Shown piece by piece: positions 1-8,216 of a stretch of DNA of 24,000 nucleotides (the first letter of the stretch is position 1; every line of letters begins with the position of its first letter). The position numbers and the translations under genes are program-made. The notes under the pieces were generated by a model that searched no databases, had not been told where the DNA came from, and was given only the letters and a program-made list of their open reading frames with translations. This DNA comes from an uncultured Actinomycetota bacterium (lineage in GTDB: Bacteria > Actinomycetota > Actinomycetes > Propionibacteriales > Nocardioidaceae): assembly GCA_963839365.1 (NCBI GenBank), contig CAWIUT010000010.1:507558-531557 (forward strand), given 5' to 3'.

Positions 1-395
1 TCCGGGTGGTCGTGGCGGCCGCGGCGGCGGCCGTCGTAGCGGGCGTGAGCGTGGCGGTCCCGCAGATCCTGGACCGGCCCACCCAGACCGGGGTCGCGAT
101 GTCCCAGGTGCAGTCCACCCCGCTGCGCGCCAGCCTGGCGATGGACGGCACGGCGTGGGGCACCAAGCTGACGCTGGCGTGCACCTACGCCGGCCCGGTC
201 TACCCCGGGCAGGTGCCGACCTACACGCTGCTGGTGCACACCCGCAGCGGCCGTACCGAGCACGTGGCCACCTGGCGGGCCGTCCCGGACAAGACCACGG
301 TGCTCAACGCGGCCACCGACGCCCGGCCGGGCGAGATCGCCTCAGTAGAGGTGCGCACGACCAGCGGCCAGCCGGTGCTCCGGCTGGCGGGCTGA
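1..395 (+). CDS. anti-sigma factor, transmembrane helix plus extracytoplasmic C-terminal domain; 5'-truncated by window edge
   Basis: The frame is open from the window edge (codons from nt 3) to TGA 393-395. An Ala/Val helix (AAAAAAVVAGVSVAV) is followed by a beta-rich domain (..AMDGTAWGTKLTLACTY..VEVRTTSGQPVL). I recognise this as the C-terminal pattern of actinobacterial zf-HC2 anti-sigma factors. The N-terminal sigma-binding part would lie off-window. The family call is from motif memory only. Confidence 0.5.
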   Translation, partial: RVVVAAAAAAVVAGVSVAVPQILDRPTQTGVAMSQVQSTPLRASLAMDGTAWGTKLTLACTYAGPVYPGQVPTYTLLVHTRSGRTEHVATWRAVPDKTTVLNAATDARPGEIASVEVRTTSGQPVLRLAG

Positions 396-725
396 CCGTC
401 GGTGGATGAACGAGACCACCAGCAGGGCGAGTCCGCCCAGGATGGCAACCACCTCCGCGGCCGCCGCGGTGAGCTCACTGCTGCCGCGGAAGGACTCCTG
501 CAGCCCGAACAGCCCCACCGTCACCGAGATGAGGAACCCGCCCAAGGTGGCGGCACCGAACCCGGCCGCGGCCAGCGCTGGCAGCCAGTGCCGCCACAGC
601 AGCACCAGCACCCCGATGACCAGGCCGCCGACGGCGTTGAGCAGGAACAGCGGCCCGATCGTCGGGATCGAGGCGAAGTCGTCGACGAGCCACAGCTTGA
701 AGTGGACCACGGCCGACACCAGCAC
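342..725 (-). CDS. small polytopic membrane protein of unknown function (GTG start; N-terminus possibly lost to a frameshift)
   Basis: 127-aa ORF with three clear hydrophobic helices (IGPLFLLNAVGGLVIGVLVLLW, LPALAAAGFGAATLGGFLISVTVGLF, AAAAEVVAILGGLALLVVSFI). Its 3' end overlaps the convergent anti-sigma gene by about 50 nt. See the finding on a possible frameshift at 726-768. Confidence 0.55.
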   Translation of the reverse strand: MLVSAVVHFKLWLVDDFASIPTIGPLFLLNAVGGLVIGVLVLLWRHWLPALAAAGFGAATLGGFLISVTVGLFGLQESFRGSSELTAAAAEVVAILGGLALLVVSFIHRRSARQPEHRLAAGRAHLY

Positions 726-815
726 CGGCGGCGGCGGTGATGACGCGGAGGATCATGACCTTCTCCAACGAGCCCGGCGTCGGCGCGGTTCACCGGCGCC
801 GGACCGGTCCAGGGA

Positions 816-2111
816 TCACCTTCGCGGCAGCCGCAGCCCGAGTAGACCACCGGCCGCGACGACCGCTGCGGCCAGCCCGAACGCGGCCCCGTAGGACCCG
901 GCGTCCACCAGCGCTCCGGCGACCACGGGCCCGACCACCGAGCCGAGGTCGCTGGCCATGTTGAACACCGCCACCACCGTGCCGCTGCGCCGTCCGGCCA
1001 CGTCGCCCACCAGGGCCCCCGGCACGCTGCCGAGGAACGCAGAGCCGGCCGCGAACACGCACATTGCGACCATCACCAGCCACAGCGTGCCGCCGTAGCC
1101 GAGCAGCGCCAGCCCAGCCGCTGCGACGAACGCGCCCAGCACCAGCATGGGCCGACGTCCCACGGAGTCCGTCCACCGGCCGGCCGGCAGCATCAGCGCG
1201 GTCTCCACGAGCGCGGAGACCAGGAACGCCACGGCCGCCCACCAGGCCGGTTCGCCCAGGCCGTGCACGATGAGCAGCGGGACCACCGTGCTGCGCACGC
1301 CGAACACCGCCAGCCCGACCGCCAGGTTGGTGGTCAGCGCGGCCTGGTACTCCCGGGTCCGCAGCACCGAGGCGAAGGTCGGCTCGTGCGCCGGGTCGGG
1401 GCCGTCCGGCGGTGCCTGCTCCGGTGCCTGCTCGTTCGCGGGAGCGCCGGCCGTCGCCGCGTCGTACGACGCAGCGGACGCGCGCTCCCCGCGGCCGAGG
1501 AAGGCCAGTGCGACCGCGCCGGCGAGAGCCAGCGTGCCGCCGTAGAGGAAGAACGGCGCGCGCAGGGAGATCCCGAGCACCGCGCCGCCGAACGCCGGCC
1601 CGACGATGCCCCCGAGCAGGAATCCCGAGCGGTAGATGCTCATCGCCTGGCCGCGCATCCGGGGACCCGCGGCGCGCAGCACCTGGCTGACCGCGGCCAC
1701 CCCGAACACTGCGGAGCCGACACCGCCGATGCCGCGCAGCACCAGCAGCTGCGGGTAGTCCTGGGAGACCCCCGCCAGCAGGCTGGAGACGCCGACCACG
1801 CCGATGCCGAGGGCCAGCCCGGTGCGCTCCCCGAGCCAGTCCACCAGCCGGCCGGCGCCGAGCCCGGACAGCAGCCGCATCAGGGCGAACGCGGAGACCA
1901 CCGCCCCGGCTGCGGCCGCGCTCACCCCGAACTGCTTGGCGAACAGCGGGATGGCCGGGGCCACCACACCGAAGCCGAGCGCCACGCAGAACGCCACCGC
2001 CGACATGGTCAGCACGTCCCGCGGCATTCCCTCGGGGAGCCCTTGCGCGACCCGGCCCGCGACTCTCCGGAGGTGGGTGGGAGACCCTGCTCGCTGCGGC
2101 ACGGGCATCAT
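816..2111 (-). CDS. MFS transporter
   Basis: Trimmed from ORF 816..2612 to the ATGATG at 2106-2111 (MMPVPQRAG..). There are twelve hydrophobic segments around a central hydrophilic loop (..GRGERASAASYDAATAG..). MFS-type loop motifs are present (GRLVDWLGER, LPAGRWTDSVGRRP). The upstream 167 aa of the ORF are Ser/Arg/Cys-rich junk overlapping the yihY-like gene out of frame. Confidence 0.85.
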   Translation of the reverse strand: MMPVPQRAGSPTHLRRVAGRVAQGLPEGMPRDVLTMSAVAFCVALGFGVVAPAIPLFAKQFGVSAAAAGAVVSAFALMRLLSGLGAGRLVDWLGERTGLALGIGVVGVSSLLAGVSQDYPQLLVLRGIGGVGSAVFGVAAVSQVLRAAGPRMRGQAMSIYRSGFLLGGIVGPAFGGAVLGISLRAPFFLYGGTLALAGAVALAFLGRGERASAASYDAATAGAPANEQAPEQAPPDGPDPAHEPTFASVLRTREYQAALTTNLAVGLAVFGVRSTVVPLLIVHGLGEPAWWAAVAFLVSALVETALMLPAGRWTDSVGRRPMLVLGAFVAAAGLALLGYGGTLWLVMVAMCVFAAGSAFLGSVPGALVGDVAGRRSGTVVAVFNMASDLGSVVGPVVAGALVDAGSYGAAFGLAAAVVAAGGLLGLRLPRR

Positions 2112-2145
2112 CGTGCCATTCGGGTCCGGCGGGCACCGGAGACGG

Positions 2146-3057
2146 TCACGGCAGCCGTGGGTACTCCGAAGCGACCTCCGCGCCGAGCAGGAAGACGTTC
2201 GCCGACAAGAAGACGAAGAAGATGAACGCCGCCACGGCGCCCAGCGACCCGTACACGGCGTGGTAGTGCCCGAAGTGGTCGAGGTAGAAGGCGAAGCCCT
2301 CCTTGAGCAGCTGGAAGCCGAGCGCCCCCACCAGTGCCCCGGGCCAGGTGGTCGTCCACCGGCTGTCCACCGCCGGGACGACGCTGTAGAAGAACAGGAA
2401 CAGGCCGAACGCGAGCAGCATCGGCACCACGAACCCGACCAGCCAGCCGGCGGCCTCCGCCAGCGGGCCCAGCGGGCCCAGCACGTGCGCAGCGGAGTGG
2501 CTGCCGGAGCGGGCGATCCGCACGGCCAGCGTGAGCCCGAGCGAGATTCCGAGCAGCACCCCGGCGACCGCGACCAGGCCGAGGTCGAACAGCTTGCCGC
2601 GCAGCAGCCCACGTCGGGTCTCCGCGTCCCACGCCAGGGTCAGGGCGCGCCGGGTGGCGGTCATCATGCCGCTGGCCGCGATCACGAGTCCGACCAGCCC
2701 GAACAGGCCGAGCGCACTGCTGCCGGTCTGCATCTGCGCGACCAGGTGCTTCAACGAGGACTGGCCCGGGTCGGTGAGGGGAATGTAGGTGGTCACGACC
2801 GTCACGACGTTGTTGCGCACGGTCTCCGGGTCCAGCAGCAGCCCGGTGAGCGCAAGCAGGAGGATCAGCAGGGGGAAGATGGACAGCAGCACGTGGTAGG
2901 AGATCGCCGCGGCGAGCTGCGGCCCGTCGTCGTCGAAGAACTCGACGACGGATCGCCGGGTGAGCCTGACGATCTGCCGCGGGACGGGGCCGAGCCGGGC
3001 AAGCGTGCGCTGCACGAGCGCACGTGCAGCAGCGGGTCGGGTCCGTTCGGCGGCCAT
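2146..3057 (-). CDS. YihY/virulence factor BrkB family inner-membrane protein
   Basis: Trimmed from ORF 2146..3873 to ATG at 3055-3057 (MAAERTRPAAAR..). The family-typical N-terminus ..FFDDDGPQLAAAISYHVLLSIFPLLILLL.. and the C-terminus ..YGSLGAVAAFIFFVFLSANVFLLGAEV.. are present. It lies 34 nt upstream of the MFS gene on the same strand. Confidence 0.85.
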   Translation of the reverse strand: MAAERTRPAAARALVQRTLARLGPVPRQIVRLTRRSVVEFFDDDGPQLAAAISYHVLLSIFPLLILLLALTGLLLDPETVRNNVVTVVTTYIPLTDPGQSSLKHLVAQMQTGSSALGLFGLVGLVIAASGMMTATRRALTLAWDAETRRGLLRGKLFDLGLVAVAGVLLGISLGLTLAVRIARSGSHSAAHVLGPLGPLAEAAGWLVGFVVPMLLAFGLFLFFYSVVPAVDSRWTTTWPGALVGALGFQLLKEGFAFYLDHFGHYHAVYGSLGAVAAFIFFVFLSANVFLLGAEVASEYPRLP

Positions 3058-3096
3058 GGTCCGCCATTCTGGCAGTGACGAGAGGATGATGAACCG

Positions 3097-3951
3097 ATGG
3101 CTGACCGGCTGCTGGTGACTCCCTATGCGAGGGACCTCACCGTGGTGTCCCTCCTGGACGAGCGGGGAGTGTGCCTGCCTGACCGGGCTGGGCGGCCTGC
3201 CAGCGTGGAGCTGCTCGAGTCGATCCTGGCGCGGGAGGGCTGGCAGTACCGGTCCCGGCTGGTCACTGGCGCCTGGGAGGCGCACTTCGTTGCCTACGGC
3301 GGGCGCCGGCCGCCGATCCGCGAGGTGAGCCTCGGAGCCGACGGCACCTTGGACTTCGGTGCCAGTCCGCTCTACGGGTCGTGGCACGTGTCGCAGGAGG
3401 TCGCCCGGAACTGCGGGCCGCAGGTCGCCGTGGAGTCCGGCGGCCGAGCCATCTGCCTGGTCACCGAGGCCACCCCCTACGAGGAGTTCCACCAGACGAT
3501 GGCCGGCCGCGCGGTGCCGGAGGACCGCAGCGACCTTCAGTGGGACGGCGCGTCGCAGCGGGAGGAGCGGCCGCACACCACCCGGCTGGCGGGGCTGCTG
3601 CCGACTCCGGAAGAGGCGCTGGAGGTCGCGCTGGCCGGGGGGTCGGGGCACGAGCAGGCCGCCACCCAGGTCGGCCGGGCGCTGCAGGCCTACCGGTGGT
3701 CCGGCCCGCAGTCCCCGCCGCTCAGCCTGGATGCGGCGCGCCACCGCGCCGTGCTGGAGCGGCTGCGCCGGTACGTCCGGGACACTCCCGTGCCCGCGGC
3801 GGACCTGGTGTGGGCGCTGGGGCAGGCGGACGGCACCCGCGACGACCTCGCGGCGCTGCTCGCCCGGCTGCAACCGGGCGACGGCCCCGGCGACGGGGCG
3901 GCTGACCCCGCCGCCGAGACGATGGCCATGGCCCGGGTCTTCGTGCGTTAG
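3097..3951 (+). CDS. hypothetical protein (no recognisable domain)
   Basis: 284-aa ORF with an ATG preceded by GAGAGGA (3080-3086). Third codon positions are strongly G/C along its length. It is soluble and Arg/Ala/Glu-rich. I recognise no motif. Confidence 0.6.
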   Translation: MADRLLVTPYARDLTVVSLLDERGVCLPDRAGRPASVELLESILAREGWQYRSRLVTGAWEAHFVAYGGRRPPIREVSLGADGTLDFGASPLYGSWHVSQEVARNCGPQVAVESGGRAICLVTEATPYEEFHQTMAGRAVPEDRSDLQWDGASQREERPHTTRLAGLLPTPEEALEVALAGGSGHEQAATQVGRALQAYRWSGPQSPPLSLDAARHRAVLERLRRYVRDTPVPAADLVWALGQADGTRDDLAALLARLQPGDGPGDGAADPAAETMAMARVFVR

Positions 3952-4934
3952 CGGCGGGGGCGCTGGGTGGAGCCGCGCACCCGGAGCGCCGCGGGCACCG
4001 TGCTGCTTGACGGGTCGAGCTGCTCCCGCTCGATGGCGTGAACCAGCACCCGGATGGCCAGCGTGCCGGCCAGCCGGGGGTTGATGTCCACCCCGGTGAT
4101 CTGCGGGTGGCAGGCGAGCAGCATCGGTCCGTCGACGTACGACGCGAGCAGGACGTCGTCGGGCACGGCGAGCCCCTGCTCGTGCAGGACGTGCAGCGCG
4201 GTGACCGCGGCACCGTCCGGGACCGCGATGACCGCGTCGGGCGGGTTCTCGGCCACGCCGCTCAGGGCGTGCACGACATCCTCGTCGGTGAACGCCAACG
4301 GGATGTCGAGCAGGGTGAACTCGACCCCGGGACGGCGGTACGCCTGCTGGAGGTCCTGGCCGAAGGCGGTCTCCTGGCCCGGCGTCAGGACGGTGATCCG
4401 CCTGGCGCCGGCGGCCATCAGGTGCCCGACCAGGTCGCCCATGGCGGCGGTGTGGTCGGACTGGACCACGCCCACCGCGTCGGCCCCGGGGGAGAGGTCG
4501 CGCTCGCAGGTGACCATCGGCACCGGCATCGCGCGCAGCGTCTCGAGCACGGGGTCGTCGAGCGCTGGGTCGGCGACGATGATCCCGTCGAGGTGCAGCG
4601 CCCGCAGCTGCTCCGCGTCGGGCCAGGCGGGCACCAGGGTGAGCGCGAACCCGCGGCCCAACGCGGCCTCGGCCGCCCCCCGCGAGAGGTGCACGTAGTA
4701 CTCGAAGCCCACCGTGCGGTCGGGGACGTAGAGGCCGATGGCGCCGGACCGGCCCAGCCGCAGGTTCCTGGCAGCGGCACTGGCAACGTAGCCGATCGAC
4801 TCGGCGGCCGCCTGGACCCGCTGGCGGGTGTCCTCGGCGATGCGTCCGCGCCCGGCCAGGGCGTCCGACACGGTGGTGGTCGACACCCGGGCGGCCTTGG
4901 CGACGTCGTGGATCGTCGCGCGGCGGGTGGGCAT
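3948..4934 (-). CDS. LacI family transcriptional regulator
   Basis: Trimmed to ATG 4932-4934 (MPTRRATIHDVAKAARVSTTTVSDALAGRGRIAEDTRQRVQAAAESIGYVASAAARNLR). This is the canonical LacI/GalR N-terminal HTH, followed by a periplasmic-binding-protein-like effector domain. It is divergent from the 5152.. operon. Confidence 0.9.
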   Translation of the reverse strand: MPTRRATIHDVAKAARVSTTTVSDALAGRGRIAEDTRQRVQAAAESIGYVASAAARNLRLGRSGAIGLYVPDRTVGFEYYVHLSRGAAEAALGRGFALTLVPAWPDAEQLRALHLDGIIVADPALDDPVLETLRAMPVPMVTCERDLSPGADAVGVVQSDHTAAMGDLVGHLMAAGARRITVLTPGQETAFGQDLQQAYRRPGVEFTLLDIPLAFTDEDVVHALSGVAENPPDAVIAVPDGAAVTALHVLHEQGLAVPDDVLLASYVDGPMLLACHPQITGVDINPRLAGTLAIRVLVHAIEREQLDPSSSTVPAALRVRGSTQRPRR

Positions 4935-5043
4935 GGGGGCCAACCTATCGCCTTGCCGCGGCCCCCGGGCCCGGGTCGCTGAGGGGGTCGCCGGGCCCCC
5001 GGGACGCCCGTCTCGGATCGTGAAGTGTCCCCTGGCAACCCCT

Positions 5044-5061
5044 TGCCGGAACGTTCCTGCA
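5044..5061. promoter_or_regulatory. candidate LacI-family operator (18-bp palindrome with central CG)
   Basis: tgccGGAACGTTCCtgca has 8 of 9 symmetric pairs and a perfect 10-bp core GGAACGTTCC centred on CG. It lies in the 217-bp divergent spacer, about 110 nt from the lacI-like start and about 90 nt from the amidohydrolase start. Its shape matches the generic LacI/GalR operator architecture. Confidence 0.45.
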
Positions 5062-5151
5062 CGTGTTTGGCTGTGGCCCGGCGCACGTGGGGGACCTCCG
5101 CGACATCTCGGGACCTCCCACGCCGATGTCCTAGTGGAGAGGAAGTCTGCG

Positions 5152-6810
5152 ATGTCAGCACCTGTGCCGGACGGCCCCGCCGACCTCGTGGTCCGCGGGG
5201 GGCGGCTGTTCACCGCCGTGGACCCGGGACCGGCGGGGTCCGGCGACGGTCTGGACGCGATCGCGGTCAAGGGCGACCGCATCGTCGCCGTCGGCCGGGG
5301 GGACCTCGACGGGCGCATCGGTCCGCGGACCGAGGTCGTCGACGCCCGCGGCGGCATGGTGGTCCCCGGCTTCCAGGACGTCCACGTCCACGCGCCGTTC
5401 GCCGGCCACAACATGCTCCGGCTCTGGCTCAACGACGAGCCGGGACGCCAGGCCTACCTGGACCGGGTCCGGGAGTACGCGCGGCAGCACCCGGACGAGG
5501 AGTGGATCGTCGGCGGCGGCTGGGCGATGGAGTACTTCCCCGGCGGGACGCCGGTCAAGGAGGACCTCGACGCCATCGTGCCGGACCGCCCGGTCTTCTT
5601 GTTCAACCGTGACGTGCACGGAGCCTGGGTCAACTCGCGCGCCCTGAAGATCGCCGGCATCACGCGGGACACCCCAGACCCCGTGGACGGGCGGATCGAG
5701 CGGGACCCGGTCACCGGGGAGCCGACCGGCACGCTGCACGAGGGCGCGGCGTACAGCTTCAACGAGCGGATCGTGCCGCTCCCGGACCAGGTGACCTGGG
5801 AGAACGCCATCCGCGCCGCGCAGCGGCACCTGCACGCGCTGGGCATCACCGGCTGGCAGGACGCCTGGGTGACCCCTGCGACGGGGCAGGCCTACCAGTC
5901 CCTCGCGCAGCGCGGCGAGCTGACCGGCCGGGTGGTGGGCGCACTGTGGTGGGACCGGCACCGCGGGGTGGAGCAGATCGAGGAGCTGCGGGCGCGGCGG
6001 GAGCGCGGGGTAGCCGGGGCCTTCCTGCCCACGTCGGTCAAGATCATGCTCGACGGGGTCATGGAGAACTACACCGGAGCGCTGCTCGAGCCTTACTGCG
6101 ACGGCTGCGGGGGCACGACGACGAACAGCGGGCTGAGCTACGTCGACCCCGAGCTGCTCGAGGCAGCAGTCACCGAGCTGGACCGGCACGGCTTCCAGGT
6201 GCACATGCACGCGATCGGGGACCGGGCGGCGCGCAACGCCCTCGACGCGGTGGCCGCGGCGCGGGCGGCCAACGGGCCGAACGACAACCGGCACCACGTG
6301 GCGCACCTGCAGCTGCTGCATCCCGACGACCTTCCCCGGTTCGCCGAGCTGGACGTGGTCGCCAACCTGCAGGCCTACTGGGCGCAGAAGGAGCCGCAGA
6401 TGGACGTGCTGACGGTGCCCTTCCTCGGGGAGGAGCGGTCCCGGCTCCAGTTCCCCTTCGGTGACCTGATGCGGCACGGGGCGCGCCTGGCGATGGGCAG
6501 TGACTGGGCGGTCACCACCGCGGACCCGCTGCAGCAGATCGAGGTCGCGGTGACCCGGGCCGATCCCGGCCGGCGCTCCGACCAGCCGTTCCTGCCCGAG
6601 CAGGCGCTGCCGTTGCCCGTGGCGCTGCGCGCCTTCACCGCCGGGTCGGCCTACGTCAACCACGACGACGACGCGGGCGTGCTGCGGGTCGGCGCGCGCG
6701 CCGACCTCGCGGTCCTCGACCGGGACCTGTTCGCCGGCGAAGGCACGCCTCCGGCGGATGCGTCCGTGACCCTGACCGTCGCAGCCGGGCGGATCGTGCA
6801 CCGGCGCTAG
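5152..6810 (+). CDS. metal-dependent amidohydrolase, YtcJ-like (amidohydrolase 3 family)
   Basis: Trimmed to ATG 5152, preceded by GGAGAGGAAG (5136-5145). The sequence reads N-terminal ..GGMVVPGFQDVHVHAPFAG.. (HxH metal site), ..FQVHMHAIGDRA.., ..NRHHVAHLQLL.. and C-terminal ..LAMGSDWAVT.. (Asp). This is the typical TIM-barrel amidohydrolase layout. Confidence 0.85.
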   Translation: MSAPVPDGPADLVVRGGRLFTAVDPGPAGSGDGLDAIAVKGDRIVAVGRGDLDGRIGPRTEVVDARGGMVVPGFQDVHVHAPFAGHNMLRLWLNDEPGRQAYLDRVREYARQHPDEEWIVGGGWAMEYFPGGTPVKEDLDAIVPDRPVFLFNRDVHGAWVNSRALKIAGITRDTPDPVDGRIERDPVTGEPTGTLHEGAAYSFNERIVPLPDQVTWENAIRAAQRHLHALGITGWQDAWVTPATGQAYQSLAQRGELTGRVVGALWWDRHRGVEQIEELRARRERGVAGAFLPTSVKIMLDGVMENYTGALLEPYCDGCGGTTTNSGLSYVDPELLEAAVTELDRHGFQVHMHAIGDRAARNALDAVAAARAANGPNDNRHHVAHLQLLHPDDLPRFAELDVVANLQAYWAQKEPQMDVLTVPFLGEERSRLQFPFGDLMRHGARLAMGSDWAVTTADPLQQIEVAVTRADPGRRSDQPFLPEQALPLPVALRAFTAGSAYVNHDDDAGVLRVGARADLAVLDRDLFAGEGTPPADASVTLTVAAGRIVHRR

Positions 6811-6833
6811 TCGAGCCTCCCCCAGGAGACCCC

Positions 6834-8216
6834 ATGTCAGACACCCACACCCAGCCTCGGTTGCAGCGCGTGCTCGGGGTGCCCGAGCTCGTGCTGTTCG
6901 GGCTGGCCTACATGGTCCCGCTGACGGTGTTCACCACCTACGGCGTGGTGACCGACCTGACCCACGGACACCTGCCCGGCTCCTACGTCCTGACGCTGGC
7001 CGCGATGCTCTTCACGGCGTACAGCTACGGACGCATGGTCGTCGCGCACCCCTACGCCGGGTCGGCCTACACCTACACCCAGAAGTCGTTCGGGTCGCAC
7101 GTCGGGTTCGCGACCGGGTGGGCGCTGCTGCTCGACTACATCTTCCTGCCGATGATCAACTACCTGGTCATAGGGATCTTCGTGCAGGCTGCGGTGCCGA
7201 GCATCCCCGCCTGGGTCTGCGTGGTCGTCTCGATCGTGCTCGTGACGCTGCTGAACGTGTTCGGCATCAAGCTGGTGTCCACGATGAACCTGGCCCTGGT
7301 CGCCTTCCAGGTGGTCTTCCTCGTGGTGTTCTTCGTGTTGGCCTTCGGGACCATGGGCCACCAGGGCGTGCCGTCGCTCGCCGCGCCGTTCTTCGGACAC
7401 GGCGCCAAGCCGGGGGAGCTGTTCGCCGGGGCCGCCATCTTGTGCCTGTCCTTCCTCGGCTTCGACGCGATCTCAACGTTGTCGGAGGAGGCCCGCGACG
7501 CGCGGCGCAGCATCCCGAAGGCGATCATGCTGGTGACGCTCATCGGCGGGGTCACCTTCATCGCCGTCTCCTACGTCGGCCAGCTGGTCTTCCCCGACTA
7601 CCACCACTTCACCAACGTCGACTCCGCCGCGACCGACGTGATGCGCCGCGCGGGCGGTGCCTTCCTCGCGTCGTTCTTCACCGCGGCCTACGTGGCCGGC
7701 TGCTTCGCCTCCGCGATGGCGTCGCAGGCGAGCGTGGCCCGAATCCTCTATGCCATGGGACGCGACGGGGTGCTGCCGCGCCGGCTCTTCGGGCGTCTGC
7801 ACCAGCGCTTCAGCACCCCGGCGAACGCCGTCGTGCTGGTCGGGGCGGTGTCCTTCGTGGCGTTGGCGCTGAGCCTGTCCGTGGCCGCCGCGATGATCAG
7901 CTTCGGTGCGCTGGTGGCGTTCTCGATGGTGAACCTGTCGGTGATCAAGCGCTATCTCATCGACACCGGGGCGCGGGACGCCTCGTCGGTGCTCCGGTAC
8001 GGCGTCGTACCAGCGATCGGCGTCGGACTGACGATCTGGCTGTGGACCAGCCTCTCGAAGACCACCTTCGAGGTCGGGCTGTCCTGGCTGGCGGTCGGGC
8101 TGGTCTACCTTGCTGTCGTGACACGAGGCTTCCGTCGGCAGCCACCGGTGCTGGACCTGTCGGAGAGTGACGACGAGCCGAACGGGGCCGGTGTGGCCGA
8201 GGAGGTGCGGGCCTGA
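6834..8216 (+). CDS. APC superfamily amino acid/polyamine permease
   Basis: ATG 6834 is preceded by CAGGAGA (6823-6829). It has about 12 TM segments. The N-terminal ..LGVPELVLFGLAYMVPLTVFTTYG.. and ..SAYTYTQKSFG.. resemble PuuP-type APC permeases. It starts 23 nt after the amidohydrolase stop. Confidence 0.85.
   Translation: MSDTHTQPRLQRVLGVPELVLFGLAYMVPLTVFTTYGVVTDLTHGHLPGSYVLTLAAMLFTAYSYGRMVVAHPYAGSAYTYTQKSFGSHVGFATGWALLLDYIFLPMINYLVIGIFVQAAVPSIPAWVCVVVSIVLVTLLNVFGIKLVSTMNLALVAFQVVFLVVFFVLAFGTMGHQGVPSLAAPFFGHGAKPGELFAGAAILCLSFLGFDAISTLSEEARDARRSIPKAIMLVTLIGGVTFIAVSYVGQLVFPDYHHFTNVDSAATDVMRRAGGAFLASFFTAAYVAGCFASAMASQASVARILYAMGRDGVLPRRLFGRLHQRFSTPANAVVLVGAVSFVALALSLSVAAAMISFGALVAFSMVNLSVIKRYLIDTGARDASSVLRYGVVPAIGVGLTIWLWTSLSKTTFEVGLSWLAVGLVYLAVVTRGFRRQPPVLDLSESDDEPNGAGVAEEVRA

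Noticed and set aside
816-2612. 598-aa ORF suggesting a much longer MFS protein
   Set aside because: The first 167 aa are Ser/Arg/Cys/Trp-rich and overlap the yihY-like gene out of frame. A clean ATGATG start at 2106-2111 gives a normal 431-aa, 12-TM MFS protein.
2146-3873. N-terminal extensions of track ORFs 2146..3873, 3948..5432, 4828..6810, 19477..21348 and 17692..21402
   Set aside because: In each case the recognisable domain begins at an internal ATG with a plausible SD (3057, 4934, 5152, 20103, 20167). The upstream part is Arg/Pro/Gly-rich low-complexity sequence that overlaps a better-supported gene on the other strand or frame.
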